Notes under the pieces: generated by a model
What the model was told of the DNA's origin: nothing
The model's database searches: none
The model's input: only the letters and a program-made list of their open reading frames with translations
Made by a program: the position numbers and the translations under genes
Assembly (NCBI GenBank): GCA_964106645.2
Contig: OZ067045.1
DNA from: Podarcis pityusensis
Taxonomy: Eukaryota
Length of the DNA: 64,000 nucleotides
Strand: one strand, 5' to 3'
Shown: piece by piece, positions 34,539 to 47,159 of the stretch
Layout: the number at the start of each line of letters is the position of its first letter
Position numbering within the stretch: position 1 is the first letter of the stretch

Positions 34539-35315
34539 CTAAACAAAACAAAAAAAAGAGGGGGAGGACTGAATCTGAGCTGGAGAAATGATTTCATTTC
34601 CATATTGATGGTAATATAAAGATCAAAAGTTAGAGATGTGTTCATATGGACAAAGACAGGACACCTAAGCAGATCAGCTGAGGTGATTCCAGGGGTACCT
34701 GTGTGGTTCTACCTGTGCGGTTCACAGGCATACCAGCTATACATACAAATGTGTGCTTTCCATACATTCTGATGGAAGGCAGGGCCAATAAAGCCACAGA
34801 AACAGGAAATGCCAAGTTATTCACCACGCATTTGACCCATGCATTACTTCCCTTGGAGAGAACAGACCAGACATGAGTTCCAAAAGGCACTTGAAATAAG
34901 CCAGTCTTCCCTACCCTGGTGCCCTCCATGTGTTTTAGCCAACAACTTCCATGAGCCCCACTTGCATGTAGTCCAGCAACAGGTTGTGGGAAGGCTGTTC
35001 TAAACCCTCTCCCAAAATATTCACCTCACACAGAAAAACCTTTTGCTCTTCTTCTGCAAGTTCTCAGTATTTGCTCTGACTCCCACCATCTTGGCCTGAG
35101 GAGCAGCAGGCAGGCCTCACAATTTGGTGTGAGGTAAAGCAGTCAGACTGTTGTGAGAAGGTATCCTCCTTGGACACCAGGTGAGGCTTGGGAGGGGGAG
35201 GGAAAGGACCCTTGCAAAGTTTTTACTCTGCAGCATGCCCTCTCTGCTCCCCACACTTCGAACAGAGGGGACACATGCTCTGGGGTTAGAGCAACACCTT
35301 CTTTTCTCCAGCTGC

Positions 35316-35440
35316 TTTATATCAAGTCAGACCATTGGTCCAGCTCAGTGTTGCTTGCACTGACTGGCAGCAGCTCTCCAGGGTTTCCGACAGAGGACAT
35401 TCCCACCTGGAGATGCTGGGGATTGAACCTGGGCAGGTGC
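35316..35440 (-). mobile_element. tRNA-derived SINE fragment
   Basis: agtcagaccattggtccagctcagt...ggagatgctggggattgaacctggg (reverse box B). Confidence 0.65.
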
Positions 35441-35524
35441 CCTACCAGTGATATTTTGCCTTGAATACAGGGGACAATAGTGGGCACCCAAACACAATCT
35501 CCATCCATAAGGGATAGAGGATGC

Positions 35525-35692
35525 ATTGGAATACCAGCTGCTGGGAATCACAAGACAGTAGGAGAGAGCTGCTGCTATACTCAAGTCCTGCTTGTGGGAT
35601 TCCCATTGGGGCATCTGGTTGGCCACTGTGAGAACAGAGGGCTGGACTCGATGGGCCCCCTATGGCCTGATCCAGCAGTCAGGCTCTTCTTC
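35525..35692 (+). mobile_element. CR1 LINE 3' fragment
   Basis: ggggcatctggttggccactgtgagaacagagggctggactcgatgggcc...ggcctgatccagcag..ggctcttctt. Confidence 0.7.
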
Positions 35693-35816
35693 AGGCCAAC
35701 CAACAACATGTGCCTCAGCCTTACCAACTTCCCTGTTACTTTGAGAGAACAACAGGACAATACCAGCCACAGGACACAACTCACACAAGCACGCACAACA
35801 GTCTGGGCTCTCTCAC

Positions 35817-35879
35817 CTTTGCAGGTGTGATATCCATTAACGCTGCCTACAGAACTTCCCCCAGCGGGCAGCACAGAAC
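35817..35879 (-). CDS. MACF1: MACF1 63-bp symmetric (phase 1->1) cassette exon
   Basis: tcgctcag|GT TCT GTG...TGC AAA G|gtgaga; GSVLPAGGSSVGSVNGYHTCK, matching a recalled MACF1 linker insert. Confidence 0.92.
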
Positions 35880-36094
35880 CTGAGCGAAACAACAGGGAGA
35901 CAAGACAAAACGACAGAGACAAAACATGTTAGAAATACGGGTGTCTGAAAACACATGTAAGCTGTGCCCTTTGCAGCCATAATGCAGCCCTTTCTAGGAG
36001 GCCACAACGGGGCTATGTGCAAACACAGACCAACATCTGAGAGGGATGTTGCTGTTTTTACAGCATCTACAGGACAGCTTCAGCAGCATCAAAG

Positions 36095-36477
36095 GGGCAG
36101 CCCAAACTTTTGAAAACAGTGGGTCCCAAAGTAGGCAATACTGCCCTGGGAGCAGGATTGCTTAGTGGGGTCCCAAGAGGCAAATGGGTGGGGGGTGAGG
36201 GGGACGCTGGAGGTGCAAATGACTACCAAACATTGAAAAGCTGGCATTACTGGATCAAGTTCATCAATTTTGCTGAATTAATTAAACTAAATAGATTTAA
36301 TTGGATTTTGATTAAATGTGCAATTAATTGTTCCTGTTTTGAATTTTATTATGCTATTAGTGGGTTGTGCAAACTGCTATCCTGAATAATGCTTTTTATA
36401 AGGTAGGGTACAGGGCACTGAGGATGAGTTTATGGAGTCAAGGGGGCAGTGGCCTAAAAAGGTGTGGGAACCATTGT
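36095..36477. mobile_element. hAT-like non-autonomous element (same family as 47160-47401)
   Basis: Shares tgggttgtgcaaac.gct.t.ctgaataa and gatgagtttatgga...gggaacca(t/c)tg with the 47160 copy. Confidence 0.6.
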
Positions 36478-37219
36478 TGTAATATGGTTAGAAATAACTC
36501 ATTATCCTTCTGCAGTGATTGCTGGTGTGGAAGATCGTTAGCACATTTTTTGCTGTGGGTGTTTCATCGGGGGGGGGGGGATGTTTCCATGGAAATTGTC
36601 TATTGCGACAACCTGACTTCTGCTGGATCCTCACCCAAGTGCAACTCTACCAGCCTGTTTCCGGCAGCCCCCAGTACCAAACAAAAGGCCCTCATTTCCA
36701 CTGATGGCCAAATGCCTGGTTCAGAGGAGATATTCTCTCAAAAGCTCTGCAAGCAAGAGACTGTGATTGTAGTACACATATCAGGCCTAAAGAATCCATA
36801 ATAACAATGCAGAACTCTTGCACAATACCTTTTTATCACCCTTGCATAAGACTTTATTATTTAAAACAAAGCAAAACAAACAAACAAACAAAAAACAGAT
36901 GGAGATGAATATTTCTCCCCACAAGACAAAAAAGCACAAGCCTCCATTATGCCCATTGCAAAATATGAAAACTGGCTGAAAACATTTGCTCTAGTGCACT
37001 TCCCGGTTTGTTGTTTGTTTTTAATTTAAAGTTGTGCACTGGTACAAAAATATCGCCACACATGCCCAAATGTGGGCCATTTCACGGAACCTCTCTATGA
37101 TAATGGCTGTGTGTAAATAAAATCCCAACCCCAAAGGTGGTTCATTGTTGTCTCAGTAGCCGGTAGTGACATGCCACAACCTTAGCTTTGGGTGTTTGCC
37201 TGACGCTCAGTTCCTTGTC

Positions 37220-37233
37220 GTTGCCTAGGTAAC
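37220..37233. promoter_or_regulatory. RFX X-box palindrome
   Basis: GTTGCCTAGGTAAC fits GTNRCC(N0-3)RGYAAC and sits in a 28-bp near-palindrome (37213-37240). Confidence 0.55.
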
Positions 37234-38839
37234 AACAAGGCAGACACGAAAGAACAATCTCCATGAAGTCATGTGGCTTGGTGCTGCAGCAGGAAGTAAT
37301 CCTGTCACCTGGGAAACCAATGTGACCGACCTTTGCATATATTAACACTGTAAAGTGCGGGGCCAACAACACAAAAGCAGTATTTGGGTGGCTATTATGT
37401 TGCCCAATTCATGCACAAATTGAGCCACAATTCATTTTAGAATGATGGATGGGACAAGGAGAAAAAAGCCTCAGCATAAACAAAATTAGCACAGCACAAG
37501 ACCACACAGCTTTCTCAATACTTCTTCCCCCGCAGTTTATTGAGTCCTGGGAACCAAATACCAGGGAGAGCTATATATGGTTCAGAGAACAGGAGGGCAG
37601 ACTTCAGGTTTGTGAGGTCTACTAAACCCCCCAAGATCTACTAACAGAGACACTCAGTGAGACCGAAAGAGAAGCATATTCTGAGCTAAGGAATTTGCTT
37701 TCAGAGCAAAGGCTGAACTGAGTTCACAGTCCTAGTTGCCACAAGCACAGCAATTCAGACAAAGGGCATGTCCAGGACTCTGTCTGCTCGGGTCTTGTGG
37801 GTTCATTGGAACAGAGGAAGCTACCTTATAGAAAGTCAGACCATTGGTCCATCAGCGGGCTTTCCGTGGTTTCAGGCAGGAGCGTTTCATCAACCCTCCC
37901 TGGAGACACCAGAGATTAAAAATGGGACCTTCCGCACACTAAGCATTTATTTAGTTATTTTAATTTATATACATACTGCCCTTCTCCCATAGATCTCAGA
38001 GTGGTTCTACCACTGAGCAGCAGTCAGCTGCTGCAACCTGAAGATTCAGACAAGGGGTGTGAAGAGATGTGGCCTAAGTCATGCTTGCTCAGCCCTTGCC
38101 CTTCATGGATAATAACATCTAGGAGAAGAAGAAAATGAACTGCCTGCATCCAGGTGGCAATTGATAGCTTTTAGGAGAGAAGGTCTCTTGAAAACCAAAG
38201 TCACCTTAGGCCTCAAGGATGGATAACACCTGTTAGACAGTAGGGAACATCCTCTTCCTGAGCAAGGTGCTTGAGCAGATGGTGTCCACACAACTGCCAC
38301 ATTTGAGTATTATTTAGCTGTTAATCCACTCCCCCACCTCATTCAAATCAAAGCAGAGTGGTCCACACCTGCACACATTTGAATTTGTACTTGAGGAACA
38401 ACTTCAGTCATCCCCATTCATACCCAAAAGGCATTCCCTTTTGTGGTCATCCCTGCCTTCTAATTTGTTGATTCTATTATGCTAATTAAGTACCAACAGG
38501 GCATGTTGATGATAGCTGCATGGACACCATGTTCTTAAAAAAAATAAATACCCCACCCAAGAAGTGTGCAAAAGTACAGTCAGGCAATTGTAAATTCTCT
38601 CTCGCAGTTTTCTGGTTTTGTGCAATTGAGGGGACCAAAAGGAAAATAGGGAGAGAGGGAGAGAAGGGGAATATATAGGGTTAAGCTCTTGACATGCCCT
38701 TACCAGCAGGGTGGAAAAGAAATGAAAGCCATTGATAATTCTCAGCACACACTTTTTAGGTTGCTGCACAATATATCTGTTGCAGCCATTTTTAATGTGG
38801 TTTGCTTGTGCAGTTTTCTGGTTTTGTGCAAATCTGACT

Positions 38840-39037
38840 AAGCATTCGGAAAAACTTTCTGACAGTAAGAGCTGTTTGGCAGTGGAACAGAATGCCATGA
38901 AAGGTGGTGGAATCTCCTTCCTTGGAGGTTTTTAAGCAGAGGTTGGATCTGTCATGGATGCTTTAGTGAAGATTCCTGTATTGCAGGGGGTGGACTAGAT
39001 GACCCCTGGGTCACTTCCAACTCTAAGATTCTATGAT
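38840..39037 (+). mobile_element. CR1 LINE 3' end
   Basis: aactttctgacagtaagagctgtt...ctccttccttggaggtttttaagcagaggttgga...ggactagatgacc...ttccaactctaagattctatgat. Confidence 0.85.
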
Positions 39038-39811
39038 CAAAAGAAAAAAAGTTCCCTTCTGGAGTTTTCTGGGGAAAGTTGCAAAAACAGCTGGAAAAGC
39101 AACAAAAACACTGAGGAAGTTGTGGGCATGGAAACGGGAGTAGCAGAAAGTGACAACTGATCTAACCACCCAAAAATACCAAAACAAATGGCCAGCGACC
39201 TCAAGTGGAGTGGTTGGGAACCTAATTTCCTGCAAGGGAAGAAGCATTGAATTTAGTCTTGTCCAATGGCTACACGTATTAAATGGAGATGCAAACAGCT
39301 GTAAAAACACTGTTTGGGTGGACAAGCCCCCAGTTCGATTTGGGTCTTGGCATAGAAACCAGATTGGTCACTCGGATAAATGATTTATGTCAAGAGAGTG
39401 GTGGAAAAGTGCTACTGTACTGAATATCCAGGACCACTCAGTGACTTCCAGTATGTTCTAGGTTGCCTCTGTAGGTTAGGAGTTGTGGGTATGGCCATCC
39501 AGTGGCTTCATTCCACTTCTGGTGATTTCCAGAAGATGGCGCTGGGGGACAACTGCTCAGCCCTGTGTCATTTATACTATGGGGTCATGCAAGTCTTTAT
39601 CTTTTTTTCTTTTTAGTCTGCTAGGCTTTTAAAACGTTTTACTACTTGAAATTCTGGTTTTCTGCTGCTCTGCTTATTCTTTTACTGATTTTTATTTGCT
39701 TTTTATAGCAACTTGCTGTATTTTGCTGCTTTATGTGCTGCAACAATCCCTGGAATAATGGATGAAGGGCAGTATAAAAATCCCAAAATGAGTATAATTA
39801 AATAAATAGAG

Positions 39812-39940
39812 CAACCTTCACCTACCTGGTGCCCTCCAGATGTTTTGGACTAAAACTCCCATCTGCCCCAGCTAGTATGGTGGGGGCTGATGGGAGTTGT
39901 AGTTCAAGACATCAGGAAGGCAACAGGTTGGTGAAGGCTG
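39812..39940. mobile_element. Palindromic ~130-bp MITE (hAT-like)
   Basis: caaccttcacctacctggtgccctccagatgttttggactaaaactcccatc ... gatgggagttgtagttcaagacatcaggaaggcaacaggttggtgaaggctg. Confidence 0.8.
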
Positions 39941-40312
39941 CTCTACTTGGAATAGAGTACTACAGCTGAAGTTTCAGGCAGAAATGGGTCTTCTTGAGAT
40001 TCTTTAACAAAGGTAGCCTGGGGACTGAAGTGCTCCACCACATCGCCTCTGACCATCAATGTGAACACAAAACAAGAATGCCAGAAATGGGCGAGATCTT
40101 CCAAGATGTTATGCAGAGTGCAGAATTGTTGAATCAGGACAAGCCTTATGGCTTATTCCCCAATCCATCCCCTGCCACACACCTCAAGTTTCTATGGTTT
40201 GGACAAATCAGCAACTGAAGTCAGGAGGGCTCCCAAAGTGGAGGAAGGACTGTGCTGTCTCTGTGGTCTCCAAACAGCTTTGAAGACACGTGCCCCTGTC
40301 TCTCTCACCCAC

Positions 40313-40430
40313 CTGATTTGGACTGGGCATCAGGAGCTGTAATCTCAACTATCAGGCTCTCCAAGGCCGTCCCCCTGCGGTTGATCTCATCCACAAGAAC
40401 TCCTTTCCCTGTCCATTCTTCCAAGATCAC
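40313..40430 (-). CDS. MACF1: MACF1 exon, 118 bp (phase 0->1); not in ORF track
   Basis: ttaacag|GTG ATC TTG...TCA G|gtgggt; VILEEWTGKGVLVDEINRRGTALESLIVEITAPDAQSKS. Confidence 0.93.
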
Positions 40431-41737
40431 CTGTTAAGAGATCACAGTCAGGCATCAGAAGGTGGCCAAAGGCAAGCAGGGCATGCCAAGACTTGGCTGG
40501 CCCTGGTGCACATTTATATCTGATCTATCCTCTTAACATCAAGTGAATACTTACAGCGGCTTACAAACTTGTCAGAACAACAAATGACATAACGTTAGAA
40601 CATGGGAAACTATCAGAACAGATTTAAAGCATTTAAAATGCCCAGTAAAACAAGTGTGTTTTCAATGCCTGCCTAAGGCTGGGCAATCAAGGGACCAGAC
40701 ATGCTGTAATCTGGATGCCGCAACCCAAGAAAGACCTCTCTCTTATCCCTACCTACTGATGGGTGAAGGGGGAGCAGGAAACATAAAGAAGGGGCCACAG
40801 CAGAAAGTTCTCAGGTAGTTTTCTATGGAAGGAGGCAATTCCTGAAGCACGAGGCTGGGCCCCAAGCAAAGGTATCCTTCGCCAGTTCCACTGCACAAAG
40901 TACTATTGGATGCAAAAATCCAACATCTGGAGAACTTCAGCTTCCATGTTTTCTTTCAAAACCCATAATGATGTGAAGACAGGCCTGAATAGATGGCCAT
41001 AATCCTGCCAAGTCTCAACAGAAAAGCGGGGAGGAGCAGAGCAGCTTTTGCCAACCTGGCGGTCTCCAGATGTCTTGGATACTGACACCCCTCAGTCCCA
41101 GCTATCAGGTTGGGAAAGGGCAATCAGAATTTCTAGTACTCAGGAACTGGAGCCTGGTGCTCTGCATATCTCTTTGCCTCAGGTCAACCTCAGAAGCAGA
41201 ATATATTTTGCAAAACAAGCAAACTGATATAAACCTGCTATGGCCCAGGGCACGGCCTGAAGGGACACAATGCATCAGTCTTGCTGATGCTTAACAGGTG
41301 TGTCTGCCCAGCACTTGGGATGCACCACCCACCTGGGCAGCCCTTTGGGTTAATTTAATTAGTTTATTGCAAAATTTATAAACCGCTCTGCATTCAGAGG
41401 CTACCTGATAGAGCAAAAGACAAATATAATTTGCACAATGCCACAACCCAGATCTCAAGATTAATTTGGGGGGAAGTGCAGAATTGTGATTTGTTCGTTC
41501 ACAGAGTACACCACAGCTCTGGCTACAGGAATCCAGTTAGACTAGGGAAAGCCTACAAGAGAGGGCCCCCCCAAGAGCTTCCTGTATTTGTTGCAGTTTC
41601 AGAGGAAACTAGCCCCTATTCAGACCATCAACCCAGATGCAGTGAAGCTCTTCTGTTTATGTTGTTGTGATCTCCCTCCCTCAAGAGCACATCTTCCCTA
41701 GCAGGCTCTGGGACTCTTTCCTTCTTTCTCTGCCCAC

Positions 41738-41894
41738 CTCAATTTGCTGCATCCGCTTCTCCAACTCATGGGTGCCCAAAGAAGCCTCTGTGGCTGGGAT
41801 AGTCGCCTCTGTTTCTTTCAGCCACTGCTTGGTGGATTCAACCAGTTTTCGGAATTCGTCCAACTGTTCTTGGCAGGAGGATGCGCCCTTCTCT
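41738..41894 (-). CDS. MACF1: MACF1 exon, 157 bp (phase 2->0)
   Basis: ttcccag|A GAG AAG...ATT GAG|gtgggc; EKGASSCQEQLDEFRKLVESTKQWLKE...MQQIE. Confidence 0.94.
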
Positions 41895-42775
41895 CTGGGA
41901 AGTGGAGAGAAAGAAGGTAGGTAAAAAAGTGGGTCAGCTCTGCTAGCCCTTTTCCTAGCATGCATTCTATCAGATGAATTCTAAGTCGCCAAGAAGTCTG
42001 CAACCACAGCAGGCTCAACCTCAGCTCCTGCTCCCAAAATGTGTTAACATGGCCTGCTTTGCAGGGCTGCTGTGTAAGGAATTATGAGAAAAGTGCACTT
42101 AACACCTGCATATATGCCAAGTATTGTTACTGCTCCTTCTGCAACACTGGACCACCTATTTGGGACATTGTTGCTCAGTCCAATGGATTAAGGACTGAAA
42201 GGAAATATCAGCCTCTTCACGCTCTGTTCTTCGTTCCTGGCTGATCAGGCCCTAAGAAGGTTATCCACCCACCACAGAAAAGTGAGCAGACATTTAGACC
42301 AAGTTCTCCTGTTAAGTAAATTCTGCAAAGCCAACCACCACCTCCCAGTCATGCTGAGAAAACACTGAGGCAGAGATGGCCTACACCCTTCCCAAAACCT
42401 TCAAGTTATCAAAATGTCAGTTTATGACAGCTTTGTTCTTCAACCTTCTCTCTGCCTCTGTCTCTGGTGTGAGGTAAGTATGTTTTAACTCACTACCACC
42501 AGCAGAGAAAGAAAATAAACTTGGTGTTCCCAGGAAAAGCATTGCCTTGACAGGTCTTTGTCAGGCTGTGAGTTTAGACGGGGGGGGGGGTCCCCCTCCA
42601 TCTTTGTAGTCCCTGGGACACATTTGGAAATCTAAGAAGCTATCACAGGCACGAGAAAACACTCATTCCAGACATCCTCCACTCCAAAGAACAGACAACT
42701 CGTGTCCCCCCCAAAAAACCAGACAACTCCCTCCAAAACATGACCTCTGCAAAAAAAGTCAAAGCAGCCCTCATT

Positions 42776-42816
<41 letters not shown>

Positions 42817-42817
42817 C
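42776..42817. repeat. (AAC)n microsatellite
   Basis: About 14 perfect AAC units. Confidence 0.95.
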
Positions 42818-43171
42818 GGAGAACCAAGCTTTAGACACATGTTGGTTTTGACATTCCTTCTCCAACTGCTGTGAATTTCTATTGAGCAAAAATTCACGAC
42901 TAAGCACCAGCCACATTGTTTGGAAACCACACTGGCAGGAAAGGAATTAAGTTGTAAAAGGAGCCATATTATGAAGCTGGATCTTGGCTCCCTTCCAAAC
43001 ATGCCCTCCACCTCCACAAAGGACAAGATGCAGGGCCACTTGCACTGTCTCTTGTGCATGTGGCACAACCCTCGGTCCTTCTGCATGCAGAGCAGATGCT
43101 CTACCCCTGAGCTGCAGAGTGTCTGCTCATCACCACCTTTGTATCACAGAGCAGCCAAGAGCACCCCTTAC

Positions 43172-43341
43172 CGTTCCCTTGCTGCTTTCTGCAACTGCAT
43201 GAAGTCTTTCCGCAAACTGTGCACCTTCTCCTGGTGTGAGGAGGAGCTTGCTGCTGCAAAACCACAAGAGCTCAGCTCCGTGGTCAGATGCTCCAATGTG
43301 TCCAAGTCCTCGTGGTGCTGCTTCATCTCAGAATTCAGTTC
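43172..43341 (-). CDS. MACF1: MACF1 exon, 170 bp (phase 0->2)
   Basis: gttgccag|GAA CTG AAT...GAA CG|gtaagg; ELNSEMKQHHEDLDTLEHL...LQKAARER. Confidence 0.94.
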
Positions 43342-44241
43342 CTGGCAACAAAACAGGGGTGGATGGAATGTCGCCATTAGAACAAAGAGCAGTGCCCAAC
43401 ACACAGGTCCAAGTTGGTCCTCTGGGACAAATTCACTACAGAAAGCCGCCAATAAAGACTGCACAGCTCATACCAGCTCCTGGAAGCCATGTGGTGTGGG
43501 GAGTGGTGTGGGGATGCAGAAGGGATATGCATGTGTGTGTGTGAAGAAATTTTATGCAGTTCATGCTGAAAGGCAATTCTAAAAAATTTGCACTTCCCAA
43601 AACAACACACAAGCCAAAATGCAGTCATCCTTTGAAATCCACACTTCTCTAAATTTTGCAGTTAGCTACCCAAGTGTTCAAATTGCATATACCAGGTAAA
43701 GTGTGCATTAAAAGGCTCCTATTAGTGAAAGTCAATTGTCAATATATGGTTTGATTGTACTGTTAGCCATTTTGAGCTTCCAACGAGGAAAGGTGGAGTA
43801 TAGAACTTTTAAGTTAAGGGCAATTTGAGGGCCATATTCCCTCCTTGTTAACATTGAAGGGCCACATGCTAGCAACGGGCAGGGCCAATGCAAAAGGCAG
43901 CTGGGTGGATCCACCCCACTCTCCCTCACTTACACACCCACCCACATAAGAGACACCCACTTATTCACAAACTCCTTACCTCCTTCATCTTACTCTCTCA
44001 CACACATTCTCCCCAGCAATCAGGATTACAAACGAGTCCTCGTTTTCAGTGTTCAAACTCTGAGCATGCTGCATTCCCATGCATGTAAAACCTGCTTTAT
44101 TCTGAGCCAGACCTTTGGTCCATCAAGTCCCCAAAGGCCTTTCCCAGCTTAGCACCTCAAAGTGCCAGGGACTGAACCTAGGCCCCTGTGCATACAATCC
44201 TCTCTGTCTCTCTCCACCACCATCATTCTGCAGCTTCTCAC

Positions 44242-44559
44242 CTGGATCTGTTGGGAGAAGTGAGCAATGTCACGATCGGGCTGGTTTCCCGAGGCCAACA
44301 GCCGCATCCTGCTCTCCATGAACTGATGCAGTTTCTCAGAGAGGTGCTCGTACTGCTCCACCTTGGGGAGGAGATCCTTCAAGGCGTCCTCCTTCTGCTG
44401 CTGCTGCCGGCAAAGGCTGCCAAAGCGCTCCGTCACCTCAGCCAGCTTGCTCTGCAGAGCGGCAGCTGTGGCACTGTCGGCGGTCTCCATGAAGCGGGTC
44501 ACCATCTCCCGGGTGGCTTCGAGGCTGCTCTTTTGCCTGGCAATGTCCTGCTTCAGCTT
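44242..44559 (-). CDS. MACF1: MACF1 exon, 318 bp (phase 0->0)
   Basis: attaacag|AAG CTG AAG...ATC CAG|gtgaga; KLKQDIARQKSSLEATREMVTRFMETADS...HFSQQIQ. Confidence 0.95.
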
Positions 44560-44827
44560 CTGTTAATGGACACACAAGGGCAGGCAGGCAGACATAAGGA
44601 CTGGGGGGAAGGAATTCTGTTCTGCTCGCTTTTCACAGCCGACTGACCCAATCCTGAACTTCATTGTGGATTGGAACGCAACTCCCAGTTGGACTATGCA
44701 TGTCTCTTGCTTTTGCGTGCAGTTTTGGTGCATTCCAAAGTGTGCATAAAAATACTTTAGTCTATCCTGCACAGAAATATTTGGGAAGAAAACCATGGAC
44801 AGAAAGCAAAGACAAACCCCGGCTTAC

Positions 44828-45036
44828 CATGTTTGTGGCGAGGGTCTCCTGGATGGAGGTGGAGGAGAAAGCAGCCACGTCTTCCCTCTGGAGGTTCCTC
44901 TCTACCTCAGCCACGGACTGAAGGAGGCTCTCCAGCCCCTCCTGCACACTCTGGGACTGGGCGATGGACTTCTGCAAGAGGTCTGAGCGTTCCGCCATCT
45001 GACAGGATAGGTTCTGGAAACGGCTCACGAGGGAAT
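44828..45036 (-). CDS. MACF1: MACF1 exon, 209 bp (phase 1->0)
   Basis: ccctcag|AT TCC CTC...AAC ATG|gtaagc; DSLVSRFQNLSCQMAERSDLLQKSIAQSQSVQEGLESLL...LATNM. Confidence 0.95.
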
Positions 45037-45323
45037 CTGAGGGAGCACCAAATCCATTACAAACTGGGTGTGGAAAATTAAAATGGGTGGAGGGCTTCCA
45101 GTACAGTGCCCCATAGATCGTGTGGGGTCCAGCTGCCACAAATCACTCAGCCGTGTAAAAGGCCAACTAAGGAGGTTGAGAAATGTCATTTCTCAGAGCC
45201 GGGCCAGCCCAAGGCACTTTTGTGCTGGAGGTGGTGAACTCAAACAACATCTTCCCATTTCCAGAACCCCCTAGGAAGTCCACAGAGCAACAAGGGCCAG
45301 AGAGCAGCTCTTTCCATCCTTAC

Positions 45324-45447
45324 CTGTGGTTTCCTGAATGCCTCTGTGATCAGGTAAGGGCGCTTCGTGTATTTCCAAGAGGGACCGAGCTGCCTTCTCA
45401 AGCCTCTCTACAGGCACTTGGTGCTCTGCAAGGTCTTCCTGCAGGTG
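45324..45447 (-). CDS. MACF1: MACF1 exon, 124 bp (phase 0->1)
   Basis: gcaacag|CAC CTG CAG...ACA G|gtaagg; HLQEDLAEHQVPVERLEKAARSLL...IQETT. Confidence 0.92.
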
Positions 45448-45565
45448 CTGTTGCAATCGACATGGCAGTGAGAGGAGAGCAGGAATTAGAGCAGGGACAG
45501 ACATGAAGAATAACCTGCAGCTCTTTTATATAATATCTCAATAAATCCTGGCTGTGGTTAAGGAA

Positions 45566-45732
45566 GGGCCATTTGTCAATGGCAGGGCATCTGTTTTGCA
45601 CATGGAAGGTCCTCAGGTCAATCTTGGGCATCTTCAGGTAGGGCTGGGAGAGACCCCTACCTGAAATCTTGGAGAGCTGCTGCCAGAGACCAACCAGTGG
45701 TCTGACTCAATAGAACACAGCTTCCTATGTTC
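45566..45732 (+). mobile_element. tRNA-derived SINE with CR1-like tail
   Basis: Degraded tRNA head (gggccatttgtcaatggcagggcatctg...), ending gtggtctgactc...cagcttcctatgttc. Confidence 0.6.
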
Positions 45733-46518
45733 ATAATATACTTAATCATCATGGACACTCTGTATTTTTAACCATCATTGATCTTGCCAACTTGGATGGC
45801 AACTAACTGGGCCAAGCTTTTGGGGGGTAGGCAGTGCTTTACGGGCAGTGAACTGGACATTGGTTATTGACATACGTTGGTCACGTTGCACTGATTTTTT
45901 TTGTTGAATTGTTGCTGGGTGGGTTTAATTGGTTTATTCCTGAATCATAAGTTTTTATTTTGTTGATATCACTTTGTAAGTCACCCAGGGAAATATTTTC
46001 ATTATGAGATGAATAAATGGAATGAATGGATGAATGAAATATTCAGTGTAGAGGAAAATGTACTTTGCACACGTCTGTGCTCTTTTGGGGACTACATATT
46101 CTATGACTGAGATCAAGCAAGGCAGCATACTTGGCTTCCCCATGTGATTGCCCTCTGAATGTTGTTGGACTACAACTCCCATTATCCTTGGCCACTGCCC
46201 ATGCTGCCTGGGTCTGATGAAAATTGGAATCCAACAACATCTAGAGGGTAGCAGTTTTGGTGAAGGCTGCTATATATGTAATGTACAACCCCATATGCTA
46301 ACCCAGATTCCTAACTGGCAGCCTTATTCCAGTAAGCCAGGATCTTTTCAGTAAGGACAGGATCTTTTCAAGCAAATCCCCAGCAAAAAAATGGGAAGAC
46401 AAAAAAATGGGAAGACTTGCATCACTTGCTCTTCCTTCTGTGATTAATGAGTAAAACCATCAACCATCACCTCAATTCCAAGACTAAGCCAGGGGAGCCA
46501 TGAGCCCTGTTCACTTAC

Positions 46519-46695
46519 TTTGGCACTGGCAAGCTGCCTCTGTAAAATGGCTGGATCTGAAGAAACAGGCTCCGACAGGAGAGTTGCCATAGCCTCTTCG
46601 CTCTCTTGTAGCCACGTCCGGAGAGATTCTGCTATGTCCTGGAACTGCTGAGAGCGATCCAGGAGCATACTCAGATGGGAACCAAGTGCAGTGCA
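46519..46695 (-). CDS. MACF1: MACF1 exon, 177 bp (phase 0->0)
   Basis: cttgcag|TGC ACT GCA...GCC AAA|gtaagt; CTALGSHLSMLLDRSQQFQDIAESLRTWL...QLASAK. Confidence 0.95.
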
Positions 46696-46884
46696 CTGCA
46701 AGATAAGGAGACACTTGTCACAGATGATTCTGTGGTAAGTATAAGGCTACGGTGCAATATTAAGGTTCAGGTTTTGCCCAACCCCACACAGATGGATAGC
46801 CAAGATGGCAACCATGGTCAGTTGTAGAGATCATAAGGGATTAGAAAGCTCACCTTCCAATTTCCCACAATCAGCAGCTTATAA

Positions 46885-47085
46885 TTATATTTCTATCCCA
46901 CCTTCTCTCCAAAGAGCTCAAGTGGCAGACATGGTTCTCCCCTTCCTATATTTTATCATCGTGTTAACTGTGGGTCAGGCTGAGCTACGAGGCAGCAACT
47001 GGCCAAGGTCACCCAGTGAGCCACATAGATTTGAACCCCCGGGCTCCCAGAACGTAGTCCAATACTCTGTCACTATGCTATACCA
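46885..47085 (-). mobile_element. MIR/Squam3-like SINE
   Basis: tatttctatcccaccttctctccaaagagctcaa...actggccaaggtcacccagtgagc...gatttgaacc. Confidence 0.7.
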
Positions 47086-47159
47086 AGACTATGTACAAAT
47101 CATAAAAATAGCAACAACACGGGAGGCCCACATTAAGCTCCAGGAATGAAATCATATCA

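Noticed and set aside
42632-43086. Poly-Val/poly-Leu ORFs resembling membrane proteins
   Set aside because: Translation of the (AAC)n microsatellite.
46338-46416. Short direct duplications (caggatcttttca x2; aaaaaaatgggaagac x2)
   Set aside because: Ordinary slippage duplications; only two units and no CRISPR-like or array structure.
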